A stretch of 64,000 nucleotides of DNA, taken from NCBI GenBank assembly GCA_976226885.1, contig OZ320313.1:115692001-115756000 (forward strand). The letters are read 5' to 3'. The stretch comes from Iphione sp. A-MEVVRFRX5 (Eukaryota). Under the pieces are notes generated by a model. That model was not told the origin of the DNA and searched no databases. It saw only the letters and a list, made by a program, of their open reading frames with translations. A program made the translations under genes and the position numbers. Shown piece after piece: positions 35,904 to 50,700 of the stretch. How positions within the stretch are numbered: position 1 is the stretch's first letter; the number at the start of each line of letters is the position of its first letter.

Positions 35904-38900
35904 AGATAATGGGATAATCATTCTGCAGTGGAATAACGAGAATGATTATATCATTAGGGATTCCTGTTGAAAACATTTAAAATGTCGCCCTTCCAAATTC
36001 TATAAAGTGCTTTTTTGAAAAAAAAAAACAATCGTGTTAACACAATTTGCAACCGAATTGTCAGAGGAGAACACTTTAGAATTTGGAGCTGTTCCTTGCA
36101 GCTAGCAACAGTACCAACCAGCCTGCACTCACCTCATACAACAGCAGACCGATATCAACGACTGAGCTCGGTTCCGAAGGGAACTGTTAAAATGCTGGAG
36201 GGACATGTCTATTTCATTCTGGCTGCCCGTCCTAGGCGCTGTTTTTATAACAAATGTTTAACGGAATAATTGGATGGGTAATTTGGGCTCCATTGCCATC
36301 ACAGACGAAGACGGCAGTCGCTGGAAGCCGAGAACGATGTCCGGGATGCAAACAGAACGGCAGTCAAAATTGGCAGAACAAACACGAGCATCTCTTATTC
36401 CTAAAAATGTGGATAGCTTTACGGACGCCCCAGAGCGACTGCCACGAAGATGCAGCCGACTGATTGGACGTTAGGAGCAATATTAAAGGTGTGACGGTGC
36501 GCGCGAGGGAAGAGGATTCAGCAAGAAGAGACAATCAATAAGATTAACAAGAGGCGCTCTGCGGAGACAGGAACAAAAACAGCAAGAGAAAGCATGAGGA
36601 AAACCTCCATGGTACGATCAATATAAACAAATGTGGATAGCGACAAAAAACTTAAGATTTATATATTTACCACCAGTAAGAAAGGCCCTGGGAGTTATCG
36701 TCAATAAAGACAGGATACTAAAAGAGAAACAGCTCCCGTAAAAAGCAGCACGAGTAGTAGAAATAAATGGTATTCGTATCAATGATTTACATATATCAGC
36801 ATCATTGGATGTCTGGAAAGAAAGGCTTTATTTATGTGGAAATTCTTGCACATAATTCCTCGTCGAATTCTTCTTCATGGCTGGATACTCTATATCTTAC
36901 CACCTAGGTAGAACGCAGGGAGCAGTCAGGCAGTAAATAGACCTCTTCTTCATCGCTATGCACATCGTGCTCGGGCTGCTAACCCACGACACCGGCAACA
37001 TGCTGGCCTGGCATCAATAAGAGTGCTTTTGAGTGGCGCTGCCGTCCGTCCGTTGTGTGTCTCCTCCCTTACCCTGATTACGAAGGGTGTGACCCCCGGC
37101 CTCTCGTGCCGCCCTCACTTTCCTAGCCTCACCCCCGTTCACTCACGCTACATCACGCTTGGCCTCCCTGTCTTCAGGCCGGCCGAGCAGTACCGTCTAC
37201 TTCTAGAGCAAGATTTGCCGCCCTGTGAGTTGCTCGCTCTAGAAAGTCCACTACGCTGCCCTCAGCGCCCACCCACTGATTGTTGATATAGTCTGCCGGT
37301 CGCAAGTAAGAAGTCCTCAGGGCAGGGTTCATAACAGCGTGCAATTTGCAACATTGGTCGTTTCAATAAATTACGACCAAATTTGATTTATACCGAAATA
37401 ACGAAGTCAGCATATGGAAATAGGCCACAGGATGGTTAGTATCACAGAGAGCCTGTAACCCAATTTCATCGAAGGTAACGAAATACATTAAGCCCTAAAT
37501 GTTCAATCTAAGGAGGTAATTATTCCAGTATACGCGTTGCGCAACAAATGAAGTGGTTCCTATGCTATTTAGAGTGAATCTTTCTCCCTTGAAGAGGCAT
37601 TTATCAGTTATATGTTCCTCATTAATTCATTCTTGACACAGCATGGAATACTACTACTGAAGCGGTTGGAAATACTGTCAATTTCTAAAATATCGATAAT
37701 TTGTCCTCTTGAAAACAGACACTAAGCTACGTTGATTATATGTACAGGCTATATACATGTACAGTAAGAATATACAGAATACCGGTATTCGACTGTATAT
37801 GTACATATTTATCTCTAAAATACTTTTACTTACCAGTAACAATGTCCAGTACAAAGGTCGCTGGGTTCCTCTTGAAATTGTTTATCCAATCAACTATGCC
37901 AGAAAAGTGTTAGAAAATCACTGAGAAGAAGGATAATGACAGCGCATAACTCTGGCCAGGTACCAGCAAAGGAATGCATATGCATTAAAATAAATGTATC
38001 TGTAATTCCTAGTGGCATCCCTAGCGAAAATGCTTTGAATAAGACGGAAGCTTTGTCAGTATAGTTACTGTTCATCCTATAAAGGAATCAAATAAGAGCA
38101 AGATACATGGTATGCGAGTGGTTTGGTGATTCGTGGTACGAAACACTAGATTCTGGGTGGCCTCGTGACCTAAATCTTCCAACTTGAAGAGAATATCCTA
38201 TATCCTCTCGGGAAAGCAGTGGAGATGGTATCTGGAGCGCTGACCAAAACAGCAAGCGAAACATGAGGCGGCCGATCCAAAGGAGGACGAATTTTGGTTG
38301 CACTCCTATCTGATATGGGACTTGGGAGTCTTGATCATCCTGTGGGGATACGCAGAGGAGGAATCTTATCGCCAGTCGATCTTTTGTTGATGAGCGCGAG
38401 ATGAAAAACTAATGACTCTGTGCCGCGTCCGCCGCCAGCGACAACGCGCGCCGCGCTAGGCCCTGATTAGTTGGGCGGTGGCGAGTCACCGTTGGCGAAG
38501 TTCACGTTGCCATCCGTCTGGGCTGTCTACGGGTGAAACGCATTGCTTTTAACGGCTGCGGTCACATTAGCTGGCACCCTCTCTTAGGCTGTCATTTCAG
38601 GCACTGGCACTGAGCCGCAGAGGATGGCATGTCCAGAAGCAGAGTGGACAAGAGGTCAGGGATGCCTCTTGAGAGGCTTCAAAGGCCATCTCGACCTGAT
38701 CGTCATAATTACAAGCTGTGTGTAGCCCATGCCGTACATCTCAGTGTCTGGCAGGTGTCAGTATGGACGTGACATGTCTAGAAGTATACTGGGGTCGCGA
38801 GGAGAGAGACAAGGTTCTCATGTCATTTTGAGGCGGCACATGGTGTCTTTCCTTGGAAAGAAGGTAATTCTCTGTCAGAATTTGATCCGCATGACCCATT

Positions 38901-39710
38901 TATGACGGGTTTCCGGGTGAATCACATTTAAATGAGTATTTTCTCCAGAGCAATTTAGTCCGGATAATTAACAGCATCGATAATTCGAGCATCTGGTGCT
39001 AAGCTGCAGAAGCCGACTTCGGCGGAGAAAAACTAACTACAGTATTTGTGGATCTATATTAATATCACTTTATTCAAAAACTGTTTATAATAATACACCT
39101 AGAACGTTGCATACTTTCATGACTGTTTTCTCCGTATAGGTTAACAAAAGAATGCTGTGGCGTGTATCATGACAGCCTCCCTTGCCGTGCTCCCCATCAA
39201 GACGCGCCCAGCACGTTTTTGGCGCTGGAAACGAAGGGATTGAGCTCAATCCCTCGCCACAGGCGTCGGCTAGGCGTCAGGCGCGTCCAAGTCTGATGTG
39301 GCTATTAAGGGTCTGGCGGAAGTCGGCATTACACGCACAAGAATAATAGGTCGGTCCTGCAGGCTAGTATGATCAATCACCTCCGGGGGGCGTCCTCGAT
39401 CACTGCCAGTGGCCTACCATCGGGCCGTCCCTCCTCGTACTGACACATGGCATTACAGTGTCATAAGGCACTATGGCCACCGGAAGCTGTCGACCGCGTA
39501 CCTGCGTGACTGTAGACAGCTGTCCACACTAGCGGTCTCCGTCTCTTGCCCGTGTCGGTAGCAGCTGATGTTGGGAAAGCCTGTATCCCTGCCTAAATGT
39601 TGTGACAGCAGCGCAAATCGCCAATGTACGCTTCAGGGCTGTTAGAACTACCCGGACCAAGGGGTGTCTTTGTTGAATTCTGCTCCAAAATAATCTGACA
39701 GTAATGCATT

Positions 39711-39752
39711 GTTTTTAGAACGTTACTGGAGTTTTTAGAACATTACTGGAGT
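39711..39752. repeat. 20-bp tandem duplication
   Basis: gtttttagaac(g/a)ttactgga occurs twice. Confidence 0.85.
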
Positions 39753-42700
39753 ATCAGAACAAATTGAATGATACATACTTTATTCCCAAAATATTGTAAA
39801 CCACTTTATAGATTGCTGCCTCTCCTTATTAATATATCTGTACTACACAATGGAACCAATTTTAAATGCATCTCGAGGGCTTCTGTTTTATCTTATTACC
39901 TAATTTTTCAGCAGTTACTAAAAAAAATATGATCCCTCACGTCTGAAGAGAAAGAGACTGCACTGCTTCAAAGAGAATGCACAGAGTTGATATCATTGCC
40001 TTAGACCTTTAGGGAGCTGGCCATATCTCATAATAAACTAATCCGTTACCATGTATATCGAAGGCTGTGGGTGGAATGGTCTAGTGCAATCTTTGTTCAG
40101 CAGATGAAAAGCGAGTATTACAAACACTCAGTGAGAATCCGAATCGAAATACACAGTCAGTCTACATAGGTTTTCGAATTATTTTCTCCGTTTTATTTGC
40201 TTTGTTCTTAAGGCAAAGCTCAGAGTATGATATCGATTATGAGACACCGTCCATGGGCTGAAACATAGTAATATCATTTATTAATTTTTCAAATTGACAG
40301 CCAAAGCTGAAATTAATGTCAGGTTCCGCATGTTTCAAATAAATGTGCTCTCTATTACCATCCACTCTTTTCTTTACATGTAAGCGCCAAAGTGAACTGT
40401 TTGTCAGAGCAAGGAATGGCATTGTAGTTAGGGGGTCTGTGCTGGAATTAATTAATATGGTTTTGCATTAAACAGTACCTGTGGATGTCATGAATCTGTC
40501 CCTACCTGGATTACGACTTTAAAAATAAATCTGCATAACTATAATGGCACGGTCATGTTTCAAATTTCCACATTAAGCAAAATGACTACCCTCTTAAATA
40601 TTTTAATCATAGGTTTCGTATCAAAAGTCGATGCAAGTAACTACACTGTATATCATTGCTAGATACACATTTTGAATATTCATAACTGATGAGAATGTCT
40701 TTCAGCGCTTCCATGGGAGGTGGCGATGTGATTTAAAATATCAAATTAAGGACAAGAATGTTTGAATATTTTAGGCTTTTCTAATGATAGTAACAGAATG
40801 GTTCGAGTTGGGTTTTCTCGCTTGTGGACAATTGTCATATCTTTTTCAACAAAAGGTAACAAAAACATTTATAATGTGCTCTTGTAAGAAAAGATGGCCT
40901 GTCAATCGCTACGAATAGTCTTTAGTTACCTTGGTGGTTATATTTGCTTCAAGATAAATGTACACATTTATTAAATGTCCTACATGACATCCAGCGGCGT
41001 ATTATGACTATGGCAACAGTAATTTTGACAGCGCATCATAATTTTAAATGGCTGATTGTCAGAGCTGGTCATTTATGTAAATCGCGTTTATTTATGTTTA
41101 TCGTGTTTATAACAATGTGCAATAGATATTCTTATTCTTTCAATTATTTGAAATTTGAATAATACAAATGTTGTACATGAAAGACACCATGATCTACTCA
41201 TATAGCCTGAAGAAGCGTCAAGAACTATATGCAGAAATGCCATCATTAATTTTGTTTATATTTTCCTTTTTCAGTGATTTTGCTTAATCTGAATATCTAG
41301 AAAGCGATCTACAATTTAATAAAATGAAAAAGAACGTCGTGTACTTCCTCTCTGTATTGGAACATTTTTATTGTTCCTACGTAGCCCCACGTTATGCTTG
41401 TTTAAAGCAATCACATATCTACAAATCATTACGATATTAGTGAAGCTTGGTATGTCAGATGTAGTGTGCATGCTGTCGCACTTTTCCCTAAAGGCCATGG
41501 ACCCAACGTCGTTATGTGTCTGATTTACGGAGCCACCCAATGGCCAGCTATGGCAATGCCAACAGCCGCAGGTGTTAGGGGAGTAAATCCGAATGATAGA
41601 GGTCGTTATAATGTCACCGACTCTGATTTAAGATGACAATATGCCCACATCGCTGCTCATCACCTGGGCTGTAAATCTCACTTGAGCTGGGCGTGGAAGC
41701 AGTTGAAGTTGTGTCATGCGTCATTAAACCTATTGAGAAAAGTCGCTGGAATCCCCCGGAGTACGGAGCCAATTTATTCCAAGACCGTGCTTGCCATAAG
41801 AGTGGACGTTTTCTTCATTGGCATGCAAGCAAGCTTGACGATGATGGATGTCCCCTGTGTATATCAGCGTCATAATAGTCGAGTGGCCACGTTTAAAAGA
41901 CTTTCTCCCATTGAAGGATTTCGCTTTATTCCTTTACCCCCTCGTGCTAGGCCTCTCGTGTTGGTAGTTCTTGTTCTAAAACTATCTGACCCAGCCAAAT
42001 CTGGGGCCCTTAAGCAGCTAGACTTTCTCTAACAGCGCTGTTTATTCGTCGATCAATAAGGTACATACGGCAAAGTCTGTGGACGCCGTCGGCATCCTGG
42101 GAGCTGGCCCCCAGCCCGACCGTTTACGTAAGATAACCAGCTGCTCCATTCCGTATCTCAGCATTCCAGGGCGAGTGGTTTTAAGGTGCTATCATTGTAA
42201 ATACCGGTTAAGGAAATATCTCTTCTAGTGTGTAATGATTGATTAGTCGTTTTTTTTCACCGTTCACGCGTAGGCACTCTTAAAGTATCAATCATAAATT
42301 CGAAGGGTTCCGATAACGGCTGGAAATTGAGAGAGGCAACTCAGAAAACGGTGCAAAGGCCACATTTCCTATACTACTTACGTTCAATAGTCGAGAGCCC
42401 CTGATTGCTTCGCAGTTAAATATACTATTTAAGATGGTGAAATCTTGGTAGATTTTGTACATGTTAAATATTCAAAGCCACTGTTGAGGTGACAATGTGA
42501 AAGCAGCCTCGGAATGGCGGGTGTGGTGCCTGTGGTGAATGCGCGTGCATGATTGAGAAGAGGGAGGTCGGAGCTACAGAAGGGCAAGGAAGCTGGCAGG
42601 TGTGACTAACATGAAAAGCACATCTCCTACTCAGGAGAAGACATTACACACCTCCTAAATCAGCTCCTCCTGTACATAATGGTGGCCGACAAAGAGAGAG

Positions 42701-45700
42701 TCGATAAGCCTGCTTTGTAGCTCATTGTTATCGACAACTTTGTTTATGCTGGAAGGAGAAGCAAAGCCTGAATTGACCGCCATCTTATGAGGTAATATTG
42801 AATTTTGGCCCTTTCATTTACATACAGACGTACGTTATCTTAAACCACGTGAAGCCGTTAAATAGCTCAAAAACAACGTAGTCGAGTTATACAAAGAGTG
42901 CATTCTTTATGGAATGTGACATGTAGACATCCGAATTGTTTTCCTTATAGAATTGAAACAATGCCTTGGTCGTATATTTTCTGAATTCACATTCAGTTGT
43001 ACCTGTACCCTAGTTGCAAATGGAAAAGACAGAAAAAGAGTTGTGAAGCGTCATTTATCAAAACTTATCCTTATGCCATACTCTGGACAGCCGTCCCAGT
43101 ATTGAATTTCCATAAAATGCCACGGCCAATGCCTTGGCCTGTTTATAGGTCTGACCATATCCCGGGCAGGCCATGTTGGCGACGGACCTGTCAGCATTGA
43201 CTTGTGGTATCATAACAAGTGTGAAGAATGAGGAAGGGCCGTCAGTGTGCCCACGCAGGGCGCGTGGAAAATTGCATTAGCGGACGGCCCGAGCAAGACA
43301 CGCAGCAGCTGGCAGTAGCCAATAGTACGCCAACAAGGAAGGGGCTTGACAGATGGTGCCCAACGGCGACGGGTCACTGCCTCTGTGAGTAGCACTCAAG
43401 GGGAAGGTCTTCTCCGTATCCTTCAGTGGCGATCCTTCTGCCTTTCCTGCGGCAAGGCGCAGGTTTTGCCGTTCCCTCGCGGGTGCAGTGAGCTATAAGA
43501 ACCGCTCAGACCCCGGGTTTAAGAGGCGCTCTCTAGACGCAGGAAACTCGGTAAGCATGACTAGCAGCTAACATTGTTTCACACCCGGCAGGCTTTCCTC
43601 AAAAGGATGTCACTCGATAACCTGTCCGACTGGAAGTGTCCATCCTAGAAGAGTGAGATACAGGCCATGCACTCCTTCAGTACTTCCTTAAAAGCTCCCC
43701 TTTATGTGTTAAAACGCCTGCATGTATTTGACTTTGTAATCTCGTTACCTTCCTTTTCCTTCGAGCTATCATACAAGGGACGACTTGATCACCGGAGACC
43801 TTTGCCTCCAGACTATTTACTCATGGATGACGCTACACGAATAAATCAGATCATCTCATTTGTTTGCCGATCGGATTCTGTATCCAGGCCCCTTCGAGAC
43901 TTTCAACTCGTCTCGATATAGAAGGGTGACCTGGCAGAGAATCTGTCAGCAACACAAAACAAAGTTCAAAGTTGTAATCCCTGGTTTCGGCTTCCCACAC
44001 ATCTTCAGGCGTTCAGTTGAAGCAAGTGACTCGAGTTTCAGGTGTCCCCATTGGACCCGACCTTCCTGTAGTTTGCATCCAAACGTCAGTCCTAATCAAT
44101 TTCGTCCCCCGAAGGACACCATCAGTTGAATGAATTCAACGTTATTGAATGTTACATTAATTTTCAGTCGGGTTGGAACGTACAATCAAAATGCATAAAA
44201 CATGACTCAAGTTCTTATCAAGACGTAAACCAGAAGAATGTAACAACTGAAAAACGCAAGCCAGTTCTCAGCAAGAGAAGGAATAAGCACAGGTAATGAC
44301 ATGAATTGGAACATGCACAGACAGTGACAATGAATTTAAAATATGTCTATATATGACATAATGGCTTAAACAGTAAAGCTGCAGGTAAATAAACAACTGA
44401 AAGATGTTGGATAACTCATCCAAGTTGACCTTTCATTGAAAGATGGTGGGAAGGGACCGCCATATACCGGAAATAGGCATTTGTTACCAGTGTAGCTCCC
44501 GATCGATTGAAGTGATCATCTTGCTATGCTTTTCATAGTGCGTTTCACTATGTCTAAAATACTAGTTTATCAAGTAAATGTCAAAGAAATACTTGACCTT
44601 GAATCTGGACAACTGAACACCAGCATAAAGAAATTTGTCAATCATTAGTGACATATGAATCCATCTCGCTATATCCCCCATCGTGAAACAATTTTTGCTC
44701 CTGATCATCCCACGTAAATAAGAACGTCTACATAAATTAGACAAATAGTGTTTTGTTTCGCTGTACTGATGGGATTCAAGTGAAAAGTCAATCGATACCA
44801 CTGTGTGCCAAATGTTGAATGACTTAATATATACTTAGTATTTTTGTTATGTATGGACTACACGTTTGTATAAATTTGCTAGGGTGTGCTCAAATCTTTA
44901 TTTTTCCTGTGCTTAGCATTGTAAAGAATGCTGCACAATGTGGTACGAATGAGCAAGCAGAGAGAAGAACAAAGAGAGCGAGAATATTTAATTGATCTGT
45001 CGCTTGAAGGATTGGACACCATCCAACTCGCACTTTACTTTGATTGCTGAAGTCTCGGAAACCATCCTGCACCCAGTCATGAATCAGGATATGAATGGCC
45101 ATTGTTTCGGAAATATAATAGTTTTAGACAGTGAGTGTTACTTCTACAGGAAAATAACTATTTGTACTGTTTAGATGGGTCATCACTATGGGATTAACCA
45201 TTACTTTATTGGCCCCTAATATTATCACACCTACCTAATATTGTGTATTACATATATTTAATGATAGCAAGCTAGATTGCAAACAACGTGCCCTTGTATA
45301 TTTCCTGACTGCCCCGTGATAGGATTAAATGTGTCTGTTTTTTTCTGGCATCAACGATAGCGGGGATACTTTGGTGCAGCTCAATTAAACTGTTTTGCAA
45401 AGTGAAAATCAAACATTAGAAGAGCATTCTCTGCAACTTGGTAGATCGCATGTAACATATTAGCTTAGCAATTTGAAACTCGAACAAACTGGCTGTGACT
45501 AGTTAGTGGCTCACCTATAGGTGATCAGCTAATGGTAACTCCGCGGAAGGTATCTGACCTATCAGTCTACATCCTAATGGAAGCGACAGGCGTAATCTCA
45601 TCTACGGCACAGCAATTAATTACCGTACACTACAAGTAGAGAAAAGTAATTAAAGACCAAGCTCTAGACTGTTTTAGATTCCCAGCAGGACTGACGTAAA

Positions 45701-45902
45701 GAGTGAGAGCTGGCAGTCATCGCGCCAGTAGCCACCACTGAATAAACCAGTCAAGTTGACCGCAACCCTGAAGTTGACGTTCAAAATTTCCTGAATTTTC
45801 ACTAACACCGTCCGACGATACCGGGAGAAACATTAAGGAGATTTAGGCAGATGAGATTGAGATTGAGATAAGAGATTGAGAGTTAAATTAGCGAAAAAGC
45901 GA

Positions 45903-46318
45903 TTGTGGTCTGGGTCCAGAGGGGTCTAGAGACTGAAAATAAGCACTGCTCTTTATTTTCTGGACCATGGCCACCCACGAACAAGTAGGACAGGGAAATA
46001 GGCATTTAAAGAAGGAGGAATGCTGTCTGGCATATGTTAGTTGATGTGAAATAGTTGAAATAGTTAACAAAACACAGATTAAGCAGATTTGATTGGAATT
46101 CCTTGTAATCAGAACAAAAAACATCATTTTAAGAGACACATAAACAAACACTCACACATCCACACACACACACAAACATGCCTCTCCTTACCTGTACTCC
46201 CACCCATACACATAGAAATAACCTATCTGGGCCAGTCTATGCCAGTTCGGAAAATGGGCTGATTTTCCAGACTGGCACAGAGTATGGAGAAAAGGTCTGT
46301 ACACATGAAAAGGAGGCC
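45903..46318. mobile_element. Left-truncated C-family Harbinger-type MITE 'E' with no tandem core
   Basis: It shares gtaggacaggga, gaggaawgctgtc and catatgttagtt with D (reverse complement), and cacagagtatgga plus the right TIR (cacatgaaaaggaggcc) with C. It has a (CA)n slot. Confidence 0.7.
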
Positions 46319-47678
46319 TATGGGCACTTGTATGAATAGAAAAACTCTAATAAGGCCTCCAAATACGACAGTACGATTAGTTATAGCTTGCTGTTGATGT
46401 ACTACTATCGAACCAGTTGTTCAATAATCATGCCATGTTGCTTTAGAGGGACACACCTCGTATCACAATACACCCTGAGCATTACCTCGCTTACAATAAT
46501 TTACCTAAATTAAAAATTGCGACAACACGAAAAACACTATCCCCTGCGCACATTCATTAGGACGAAGTTAGCATGTAGTGGTAGTTATCTGATATTAGAT
46601 ATGAAGAGAAAGGTTAGGATTGCTGTAATCCGTAAACAAGTTTGAGATATAAGTTTTAATGGCAGATTTTTTACATCTGGCGTTAGTCAACACTTTTCCT
46701 AACTGTCACACAAATGTCCAGTTCCCACCTACCAACGTATAACCTCTCTTTCTACTTGTGTTGCATGAACAGGTCGTGAACCTTGGGCATTGCAAATTAT
46801 ATAATCTAAGCCAAGCAATGCTGGGAGTATTGATGGTGCAGAGATCTCCTATGACGTTGAGCTTTGGGTGGATAAGGCGGACAGCCCTGTATAGAAACTT
46901 GATTTTGGTACTTGGAACCTGGTTAGCAAAACTCCATTTGCCTCATTTTTATCTGTGGAGTTTCTTTAGCCCCTTGTCAATGCACGAATGAATAATATGT
47001 ATATCGAATATTGCCATCACTAATGCTATCTACTGCCTACAATTTTTCCTAAGATGATTGAAACATCATCCTCAACATCTGTACGATTATTTCGTTTCAG
47101 AACATAGATGTGGTAATAAAAAATAAGTCAACATCACCGGACAACGGTCCACCGTGCCTTGATGTCTATGCCAATTCAGCCTTGACGTCTTGAGGCGCAC
47201 GCTAACATGCAGATTAGGGGGGGGATTGATATCTCGTCTCTCTTTAAATCAAATGGTTCTAAATATAGGATAAAAGAAGATGAATTTGGAAATCTCCGAT
47301 AAAAAGACTCAATTTTGCAAAGAGGTTTCTTCATGTGTTTTGGGGAAAATATTAGGGATTTTTTCTACATAATGCGTTATCCCTGAGTTTTGTCGATGTA
47401 ATACATGATTTGTCTCTCAATGACTCTTCAAATATGAACTCTGATTTAGGCATGGTAGGATTTAAGTTCAAACAATCTAAGGTAAAGGAATTCCCTGATG
47501 CAAAAAGTAAGGTATGTCTGGTAGGTTAAATAAACAAATCCTGTATTGATGCTCATATAATTTTAAATGTACATGTAGAAGCTATTAGTACTATCCCTGA
47601 ATATTGCAGGAACAACAGACTGATATCCAGATTATGAGACAAAGGCTGGAATTAGTTGGGTATATCACGAGTAGAATT

Positions 47679-47719
47679 GACACTAGCTTTCCACCCCTCT
47701 AGGGTCTTCGTCAGGTGTC
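47679..47719 (-). ncRNA. Minimal type I hammerhead ribozyme of the Penelope-element type (probably degenerate)
   Basis: The minus strand reads GACAC CUGACGA A GACCC UAGAG GGGUG GAAA GCU A GUGUC. It has a perfect 5-bp stem I (GACAC/GUGUC), the core CUGANGA...GAAA, stem II ACCC/GGGU, and the palindromic stem III AGCU with cleavage triplet CUA. The G10.1-C11.1 pair is broken (G opposite G). Confidence 0.7.
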
Positions 47720-50700
47720 CCTGAATATGTACCACCCCTTGAGCATCATGTAGACTAGTGTAATGTGATTTATAAACCGGCTGTCGTAAACAACCTTGTC
47801 AACAAGCCACAGAGGAAAACCAATTTATATCCCCTCAAATGAGGTTCTGTTCGACATATGGGGAATTGTGAAGAAAACAAATCAGCCTGTAGGGCAGACC
47901 ATGTAGTCTGCGACAATGGAATGAGCAATGTTCAAACAAAGGAACATAAAACATAGTCTCATCTCATAATAATTTACACACTGCCAGATGTGAACATTTC
48001 ACCGGAGTGACCAGCTGTAGCATGACAAGGCTCATACAACCTGTAGACCGACATATATTAGTCATTACATATTACAGTTTATTATTGCATTATCTTAGTA
48101 ATAATTGTCTAATGCAGCGCTCTGATTATTCTTGTGATATTCTGGGCAGCTGACTGCTATAGCATTATACTATGCTTACAGAAAGAAACATTCAAGCCAG
48201 ACTACACAATGTTTTCCTAGCCATTCAGTCCTTCAATGTTATAGGTATGGAGAATAATCTCCCCCAAAACTTCTTCAATGTAATAAATGTTTGGTTTGTT
48301 ATCACACTTTCATGAAGAAGAATTACAGTATGACGTCCCATCACGGACACGTCCCCATTGCAGCCACGTCTGAAATATGCCATGTAGTTTAAAACGTCAG
48401 AATTTAATAAAACCAACTAGTTTTAACTCTGTTGTTGGTTTATGTCCATTCCTACATTTATCCAACCTCTACAGAAAATAAATGTCTACTTTGTGATCAG
48501 CAGGGAAATATCATATTTCCAGTGTTGGGCGCCACGAAGAACTACCAATCATTAAGTACTAGGAGACATTTAAAACCTGCGTCCAACCTAGGAGAAATGG
48601 TACACCAGTGCAAATCTATGGAGATGAAAAAACATTTTTGGGCATTATTTGATGCAATGATTATGTAAATACCCTTTCAATCCAAAATTGATATAATTAT
48701 TTTTTCAAACAAATTGAATTCAATGCTGAATACATTCTTTAACACTCTAAAGTGTAAAACATAAGGATGCTATGAAATATGTACATTAATCATGAATATT
48801 AATTATTACACAGAATCAGTTTTACATGGGGTTTAGAATGATTCTACTATGATAACTTGATGTACATGTATGTATTTATGTCTATTAGCTTATTTACATA
48901 ACTCATCACATGACTTAAAATTACCTTATTAGGAATAAACATTTACAAAAGTAAGTTTTCATAAAAAATAAGTCAAGAAAGTTGTTCCTGACTAGATTTT
49001 CATTTCCTTCAGTTTCAGGTCCTGTAAATGGTTATTTGACATTTTGACCTAAATGCTTTGGGTACCCTTTTGTCCATGGCTGGTCACACATACATAATTA
49101 TTTTTGGAAGAGCTAAACACCAAAGCATGAAATATGATAGTGAACGGAATCTGGAAGGGAAAATTATGTCCAAGGTATTTATAAATGATTCCATACTGCT
49201 GGAAAATGCTCCCTGCTGCATTCCCCTATCACCTCTGAAATATTCAGGGAGTGAACTGGTAGCACGTAATTCTTAGTCGGTCACCGCCTGATCGGGTTTT
49301 TCATCTGGGTGTAGTCCACACGTCATTACCCTTTGTCTCCCCATGGCCGAGCTTGAGGTTTTCTCCATTGCGACATTTTAGAGAAGATCCATGTGACCTT
49401 TCCTTTGATCTATCGCATGTCGATACCGACATCCTAGACCGTAGACATATCACAACAGATTTGTATGCTGTGTGACGTCATTGTTGAAGTATTGGTGAAT
49501 ATTTTTTTTATCCCGAGATGATCTATTTGTCTATTATTACTGCCGTCAATTCTGTAACATGCAATACTTTGATTCTTGATTTTTGTTTCATCATTAAACT
49601 TTGCTGTATTTAGACCATGGTCCCGTTCCGGTTCAATAAAACTAAAAATGTTTCCCTCTATATGTATTTACTAGCTCATACTCCGAGGCATTTATGAGGA
49701 GGTCGAACAGAGTTCTTATATCAATATAATACACGTACAAGTGATATTTAAGGTAGAAAGAAGAAAGGAAAGACAGGGCAAGCAGGCGGAAGGAGAGGGA
49801 GAAGAGATGAGACCAAACACACCTGTGAGAACGTCGACAGGGAGATTCAACCCTGAATGGACGATGTAGAAGTGTTAGAGACAGGTGGAAAAGATAATGA
49901 GAAAAAAACAGTTTGAGGGGATTTATCAAAACAAAAAACGCAGAACAATGTGCAGGTGAACGTCTTCACCAGAAGGTGGTCGGGCGTGACATTTTCGTGT
50001 GTCTCTCGCGGCATGAAACTCTTTAGACCGTTTTCAAGTAGGTGATCCTGAACAAAGAGGAAATAATGGTCGGCAAAAAAACAAGCGTGTTAAAAAGACC
50101 ATCTCGGTGCCCTTTGTCAATTTCATTGACACTGGCCGTAAAGGAATGAGTCAGCACGAATGGAATTCCTATGGGCGAAGCGTTTACGTCTGAACTCTTT
50201 TGGAAATGCTGGCACCAACGAATTACCAGCGTGCAGTCTGTTAACAGCACGGCTCGAAACCAAGGAGACAGCCTTCACAATGTCGGCCCTATGTGCAGTC
50301 ATTAAGTGTTGGTGCCCAATGTATATATTAAATAATTATGAATCATGGCCGCAGCTAGGTTTTCACCATGCAGTGTCAGATAAAGGAGGAACATCCACAT
50401 TTATCAATATTGCTATCACTGTTTTGTACGCGTATATTGGGTGCATATATTGACAAATCATACATTTTGTAAGAATTATTTTGTCTAAAGCCTGTTTTAC
50501 TATTACACGATGAAGAGAAATGAGTTGCTTGCCAATGAGTCGAACAGTATGAATGACCAGTATTATATTCTGAAGACATCATTCTGTAAAACGAAATGGC
50601 TTTTAATAAATGAAGGATTGTTTTAATTAGGCGAACGCGTGCCTAGTCATCGGCACCTGTTGCTCATGCCGCTAGAAATAATCTCCCAGTCAGGAATGTG

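Noticed and set aside
36270-36480. Weak similarity to an RTE-type LINE C-terminus (IAITDEDGSRW resembling WAGHIARRTDGRW)
   Set aside because: It needs several frameshifts and no RT motifs are present. A TBLASTN or HMM hit would be required.
41744-41767. RWNPPEYG peptide resembling nAChR loop WxPxEYGG
   Set aside because: It is on the wrong strand and upstream of exon 2, and the flanking residues do not match.
45511-45524. Perfect 14-bp palindrome, also reading TAG|GTGAGC as a possible recursive splice site (a similar site is near 51320)
   Set aside because: Several 14-bp palindromes are expected by chance, and neither site has the strong pyrimidine tract of a ratchet point.
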